Positions 18,001-21,656 of a stretch of 21,656 bases of DNA are shown here, piece after piece. Positions within the stretch are counted from its first letter, which is position 1. Each line of letters begins with the position of its first letter. This DNA is from Gemmatimonadota bacterium (lineage in GTDB: Bacteria; Gemmatimonadota; Gemmatimonadetes; Longimicrobiales; RSA9), in the NCBI GenBank assembly GCA_040905425.1, contig JBBDRO010000085.1:1-21656 (forward strand). Reading direction: 5' to 3'. A program made the position numbers and the translations under genes. The notes under the pieces were generated by a model, which saw nothing but the letters and a program-made list of their open reading frames with translations, ran no database searches and had not been told where the DNA came from.

Positions 18001-18825
18001 GCTGCGGCCGCGGTGGGCGGCGGGCGGCTGCGGGTGCGTCTGCCCGAGTCGCGCGGGGACGAGTTCGGCCAGCTCTACGCCTCCTTCAACCGCATGGTGC
18101 GGCGGCTCCGGCGGGCCCGCGCGCAGGAGGTGCGCACGGCCCGCGTGCTGGCCTGGGGGGAGATGGCGCGCCAGGTGGCGCACGAGATCAAGAACCCGCT
18201 CACGCCCATCAAGCTCTCCGTGCAGCACCTGCGGCGGGCGCGGGCCGACCGGCGCCCGGACTTCGACCGGATCCTGGACGCCAACGTGGAGCAGATCCTC
18301 CGTGAGATCGATCGCCTCACGGAGATCGCGCGCGCCTTCTCCCGCTATGGCGCGCCGCCTGAGGCCGCTGGCCCCATCGAGGAGGTGGACGCCGGCGCCG
18401 TGGTGAGCGAGGTGCTCACCCTGTATCGGGCGGGCGAGACGGTCGTGCACTACACCAGCAGCATCGAGCCTGACCTGCCGCCCGTACTGGCGCGTCCGGG
18501 GGAGCTGAAGGAGGTGCTGCTGAACCTGCTCGAGAACGCGCGCGCCGCGGTGGGGGGGGAGGGGCACGTGGCGCTGGACGTGCGCCGCCGGGACGGGCGC
18601 GTGCTGATCGAGGTGGCCGACGACGGGCCCGGCATACCGCCGGAGCTGCTCGCCCGCGTCTTCGAGCCGCACTTCTCCACGCGTTCGGCCGGCACGGGAC
18701 TGGGGCTGGCCATCGTGCGTCGCCTGGTGGAGGAGTGGGGCGGGGAGGTCACCGCCGGCAGCCGGGACGGGCGGGGCACGACGGTACGGCTCTCCCTCGC
18801 GGCCGCGGCCGAGGAGGAACTCTAA
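15031..18825 (+). CDS. Large multi-pass membrane sensor histidine kinase (HAMP-HisKA-HATPase, NtrY-like)
   Basis: About 14 hydrophobic segments, HAMP (PIGRL...DEFGQLYASFNRM), H-box AWGEMARQVAHEIKNPLTPI, N-box NLLENA, G1 DDGPGI, F-box FEPHFST, G2 GTGLGLAI. TTG 15031 (GGAG 6 nt upstream) is preferred to GTG 15001, which overlaps the divergent gene. Confidence 0.92.
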   Translation: MKNSGTATELDRTPHTLAAWGLATLASALVLIWARELTTGWLVAAALSTLGALLAARGTLNVARSGASVTLPMALLVLVVAVAAGTLCHGRFRAVERSYEELVETRERHVRAALERRMEVLVRRGRAAVEQAAGRIRMASGQTVHSLSMLEDVRSRVDVSALAVYDSAGTLKTWAGAHRGKLPREVRRGAVAVAYAERPLFSYLYFTAPVPGAAHLHTVSAVLLESGLQSQEGREAFSARFAAATGAAARFEPGPTLAPAWELRADGRTVVVGRIARPTQADLRRETERLARTLGALLGLAAFILLAFGWVRSPHGGRRWRSLAPLAVLTLVLPFVPLGPLLGVARYYEPFLFALPVPGDVTLGQLVAFLLPLAALVATLRPFGVKRRGLAPALALGAVAVGFGYWFILYHLIDPATAELLRGGRGLWVGLHAAVILSLTALTALLLPRRRRHPAPALVRRSPALIPLLAVAGVALSIGLALLVMSTPAPPPEWPTWQVALWAFPYLLLGTAAAYNMSPRGTLLRWLAAGWLATSVGLPHLWNAETAARLETVEDELATLGARVDGYLEYLLTLFQQQVVERTAAGEEGVDLLYRSWVASGMARESYAARMALWDSLSAAEVEIGLGGATGSDTAQMVVRLAVDSAQRLIPGQYLVQAVVEAQDINYILAVPLAGGRVATVVVPPRRELQIRSVVAPFLGGSPTGAHEFYLDTDLGGATEEVEWVRRERGWHGTRVVEFPDGFYRAHVLVHMPGTAVRVARAVLLLVTDLALLTLLLGAGLFLRGMNAVSPRRVMPWLASFRGRITGALFLFFLTPTVLFGLVGYRALADEVERTTSAVAERAVHQAELGFQDTGGNLRELARHVGTDVLLFDPTGELAQASSPEALELGVYGAWMPPEVWAPLYRSDQPMMVSERQLGGQSFVMAYRKLPPTNHYLAVPMMLSSGRTALMQGELADVVLFASLLGALLSLALSLAVGRALAGPIGRLRRAAAAVGGGRLRVRLPESRGDEFGQLYASFNRMVRRLRRARAQEVRTARVLAWGEMARQVAHEIKNPLTPIKLSVQHLRRARADRRPDFDRILDANVEQILREIDRLTEIARAFSRYGAPPEAAGPIEEVDAGAVVSEVLTLYRAGETVVHYTSSIEPDLPPVLARPGELKEVLLNLLENARAAVGGEGHVALDVRRRDGRVLIEVADDGPGIPPELLARVFEPHFSTRSAGTGLGLAIVRRLVEEWGGEVTAGSRDGRGTTVRLSLAAAAEEEL

Positions 18826-18855
18826 GCGACGGCGTCCAGGCCGGCGCCGGCGCGC

Positions 18856-18932
18856 TCCTACCGTGCCCGGTGGGTCACGGTGTGCCGGCCACGACGCGTC
18901 CTACTGTGCCCGGTAGTTCACGATCTGCCGGC
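18856..18932. repeat. Degenerate direct duplication of the htrA 3' end (34 bp, period 43)
   Basis: 18856-18889 TCCTACCGTGCCCGGTGGGTCACGGTGTGCCGGC vs 18899-18932 TCCTACTGTGCCCGGTAGTTCACGATCTGCCGGC: 29/34 identical. Confidence 0.8.
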
Positions 18933-20382
18933 GCCAGCTCCGGTCCTGCTGCGGCACGAGCACGATGGCGCTCACCACGTCCCCCGGCTCCAGCTCGTCC
19001 GCGAAGCGCTGCACGTCGGCCACCGTCCGCACCTCGGTCCCGTTGAGGCGCAGCAGGATGGCGTTGGAGCCCAGCTTCTCGCCCGCCGGGCCGAAGCGGT
19101 CCACCTCGCGGATCCACACGCGCGGCCCGTCGATCGGCGCGGTGGCCGCGGCCTCCTCGGGCAGCGGCGCCACGCGGAAGCCCAGCAGGTCCGCGGCCGT
19201 GCGGGCGGCCAGTCGCCGGCGGTCCGGCATGGCGGCGGGCTCGAAGGCGCCCAGGCGCACCTTCAGCTCCAGCGGCTCCCCGAAGCGCACCAGGCGGACG
19301 TCCACCGTCTCGTTCGGCTGCAGGCGCGCCACGCGGGCCTGCAGCTCGGCGGCGGTGCGCACCGGCTCCCCGGCCACCTCCACGATGACGTCCCCCATGC
19401 GCATGCCCGCGTTGCTGGCCGGCGCGTTGTCCAGCACGCTCACCACCTCCACGCCGGCAATGGAGGCCAGGCCGTAGACCTCCGCGTCGGCCGCGTCCAC
19501 GTCATCGATGTTCACGCCCAGCTGGGGCCGATGCACCTCACCATACTGGATGAGGTCCCGCGCCAGCTTGGCCGCCAGGTCGATCGGAATGGCAAAGCCG
19601 GCGCCCGCGAAGAAGCCGGTCTGGCTCTGGATGGCGCTGTTGATGCCCACCACGCGGCCGAGCAGGTCCACCAGCGGACCGCCCGAATTGCCGGGGTTGA
19701 TGGCCGCGTCCGTCTGGATGAAGGCCTCCAGCTGCGTACCCGCCACGTTGCGCAGGATGCCGAGCGAGCGGCCCTTGGCGCTCACGATGCCCGCCGTGAC
19801 CGTGAACTCCAGGTCCAGCGGACTGCCCAGCGCCAGCACCCAGTCCCCCACGCGCAGGTCATCCGAACTGCCCAGCTCCGCCACGGGCAGCTCCTCGGGC
19901 CGCTCCGTGCGCACACGGATGACGGCCACGTCGGTGTTCGGATCCAGCCCCACCACTTCCGCGTCGAACTCACGCCCGTCCACGAGCACCACGCGCACCT
20001 GGTGCGCGTCGGCCACCACGTGCGCGTTGGTCAGGATGTGCCCGCGGTCATCCACGATGAAGCCGGAGCCCGTGGCGGGGGTGAGCGGCGCCTGCCCGTC
20101 CTGGCCGGGCGGCGGCCCGAACGGGAAGCCGCCCGCCTGCTGCGGGCGCTCGCTCAGCGTGCGGATGCGCACCACGGAGGGCAACGCCCGGCTGGCCGCG
20201 CCGCGGAAGGCGCCCGACAGGGTGGCCGCGGTGGTGGTGTCGAGTACTTCCGAGAGCTGGCCGCCCAGGCGCTCCTGGACCTCAGGGCTGGAGACGTCGC
20301 GGCCCAGTTGCGGGCGCTCCTCGGCGCACGCCGGGAGAAGGGCGGTCGCGCTCAGCACGGCCGCCGCGGCAATTCGGTGCAT
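18901..20382 (-). CDS. htrA: HtrA/DegP-family serine protease with PDZ domains
   Basis: GSGFIV, LTNAHVV (His), TDVAVI (Asp), IQTDAAINPGNSGGPL (Ser), a PDZ domain and a probable second PDZ. ATG 20382 has a GAGGA RBS and a signal peptide ending LLPAC. Confidence 0.94.
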   Translation of the reverse strand: MHRIAAAAVLSATALLPACAEERPQLGRDVSSPEVQERLGGQLSEVLDTTTAATLSGAFRGAASRALPSVVRIRTLSERPQQAGGFPFGPPPGQDGQAPLTPATGSGFIVDDRGHILTNAHVVADAHQVRVVLVDGREFDAEVVGLDPNTDVAVIRVRTERPEELPVAELGSSDDLRVGDWVLALGSPLDLEFTVTAGIVSAKGRSLGILRNVAGTQLEAFIQTDAAINPGNSGGPLVDLLGRVVGINSAIQSQTGFFAGAGFAIPIDLAAKLARDLIQYGEVHRPQLGVNIDDVDAADAEVYGLASIAGVEVVSVLDNAPASNAGMRMGDVIVEVAGEPVRTAAELQARVARLQPNETVDVRLVRFGEPLELKVRLGAFEPAAMPDRRRLAARTAADLLGFRVAPLPEEAAATAPIDGPRVWIREVDRFGPAGEKLGSNAILLRLNGTEVRTVADVQRFADELEPGDVVSAIVLVPQQDRSWRRQIVNYRAQ

Positions 20383-20421
20383 GCGTGATCCTCGTGCGGG
20401 TTGCGGTTCGCGGGGAAAGGT

Positions 20422-20437
20422 AGCAGGCGGCGTGCCG
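20422..20437 (-). promoter_or_regulatory. Putative sigma54 (-24/-12) promoter for htrA
   Basis: Minus strand CGGCACGCCGCCTGCT: GGCACG at -24, 10 nt between GG and GC, TGCT at -12; about 40 nt upstream of the ATG. Confidence 0.6.
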
Positions 20438-20610
20438 CGAGGCAGCCGGTGCGCAGGTCGGGCCGTCGGTAGTGTGGGGCCGCCCCGCCGCGGGGTTGGC
20501 CGCTGCGGCCATGGCCGCGCCCCGCATGCGGGCCCAGCGTGGGGAGCCGTGCCAAAGACCGTGCGCGGCGTGGCCGTGCGCGGCGGAACCCCCCAGACCG
20601 GAGGCCGACA

Positions 20611-21656
20611 TTGCTCGCCCAGATCACCAGCGGCGCCGTCAGCGGCGTGGAAGCCTACCGGGTGCACGTGGAGGTGGACCTGGGCAGCGGCCTGCCCACC
20701 TTCCAGGTCGTGGGGCTGCCGGAAAGCGCCGTGCGCGAGGGGCGCGAGCGCGTCACCGCGGCGCTGGCCAACAACGGTTATCCGCTCCCGGCCGGCCGCA
20801 TCACGGTGAACCTGGCCCCCGCCGACGTGCGCAAGGAGGGCAGCGCCTTCGATCTACCGATCGCGCTCGGCATCCTGGTGGCGTCCGGCGAGCTGCCCGC
20901 CGATGCTCTCGCCGGCACCGCCGTCCTCGGCGAGCTGGGACTGGACGGCGAGGTGCGGCCCGTGCGCGGGGCGCTTTCCCTGGCCGACCGCTGCGCCGCC
21001 GAGGGCGTACGTACGCTGGTCGTGCCCCGGGCCAACGCGGCGGAGGCGGCCGTGGTGCCCGGCCTGCGGGTGCTGGCGGCGCCCTCGCTGGAGGCGGTGC
21101 TGGACTGGCTGCACGGCCGGGCGCCACTCGCCGAGGCTACCGAAGACGACGCCGAGCCCGAGACGATGCCTCCACTGGATCTGGCCGACGTGCGTGGGCA
21201 ACCGTCGGCGCGGCGGGCCCTGGAGGTGGCCGCAGCGGGGCTGCACAACATCCTGCTCGTGGGACCGCCCGGGGCGGGGAAGTCCATGCTGGCCCGCCGC
21301 CTGCCGGGCATCCTGCCGCCCCTCTCCCGCGCGGAGGCGGTGGACGTCACCAAGGTCTACTCGGTGGCGGGGCGCATGCGGCCCGGGCAGGGGCTCCTCC
21401 GGCTGCGCCCCTTCCGCGCGCCGCACCACACGATCTCCGACGCGGGGCTGGTGGGCGGCGGCCCCTGGCCGCGTCCGGGCGAGGTTTCGCTGGCGCACCA
21501 CGGCGTCCTCTTCCTGGACGAGCTGCCGGAGTTCCGCCGCCCCGTGCTGGAGGCGCTCCGCCAGCCGCTGGAGGACGGCCGCGTGGCCATCGGCCGCGCT
21601 CGCTTCAGCGTCACCTACCCCGCGCGCTTCATGCTGGCCGCCGCCATGAACCCGTG
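20611..21656 (+). CDS. comM: YifB/ComM family Mg-chelatase-like AAA+ ATPase (3'-truncated by the window edge)
   Basis: TTG 20611 with GGAGG 6 nt upstream. Translates to [63 protein letters not shown], Walker [38 protein letters not shown]. Missing from the ORF track because there is no stop in the window. Confidence 0.95.
   Translation, partial: MLAQITSGAVSGVEAYRVHVEVDLGSGLPTFQVVGLPESAVREGRERVTAALANNGYPLPAGRITVNLAPADVRKEGSAFDLPIALGILVASGELPADALAGTAVLGELGLDGEVRPVRGALSLADRCAAEGVRTLVVPRANAAEAAVVPGLRVLAAPSLEAVLDWLHGRAPLAEATEDDAEPETMPPLDLADVRGQPSARRALEVAAAGLHNILLVGPPGAGKSMLARRLPGILPPLSRAEAVDVTKVYSVAGRMRPGQGLLRLRPFRAPHHTISDAGLVGGGPWPRPGEVSLAHHGVLFLDELPEFRRPVLEALRQPLEDGRVAIGRARFSVTYPARFMLAAAMNP

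Noticed and set aside
20539..20556. TTTGGCACGG on the minus strand as another sigma54 promoter
   Set aside because: The -24 element is perfect but there is no GC at the -12 position (it reads CCCAC).
20383..20667. Extended htrA start at 20667
   Set aside because: It would overlap the comM start and bury the signal peptide; ATG 20382 has a clear RBS.
18880..20809. Long + strand ORFs (502 aa, 433 aa) opposite htrA, and similar long antisense ORFs opposite dnaJ, iscS and the permeases
   Set aside because: These are shadow ORFs expected from high-GC codon bias on the opposite strand of well-supported genes.

Overview
Very GC-rich (visually >70%), densely coding bacterial core-genome window. The gene set and protein style suggest Gemmatimonadota, which is an inference. 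Gene order: 3' end of probable dnaX with tandem repeats, yraN, grpE-dnaJ plus a 78-aa unknown ORF (no dnaK or hrcA in view), mnmA and a cysteine desulfurase (minus), a stand-alone HIRAN protein, bshB1, a five-gene TolC/MFP/ATPase/two-permease MacAB-type exporter, a secreted beta-rich unknown, a divergent creatininase-family protein, a ~1260-aa orphan NtrY-like kinase, an HtrA/DegP protease, and the 5' part of yifB/comM (absent from the ORF track). No mobile element, CRISPR array, tRNA or rRNA was found. The most interesting signals are regulatory: (1) sigma54-type -24/-12 motifs upstream of both grpE-dnaJ and htrA, near an orphan NtrY-like kinase; (2) an ECF-type promoter and a long hairpin before the exporter; (3) a symmetric, possibly bidirectional promoter with a leaderless HIRAN mRNA; (4) an antisense -10 box embedded at a substituted metal-ligand codon of the creatininase-family gene. 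All of these were read by eye and are hypotheses. I see no clear evidence of a self-contained novel system.
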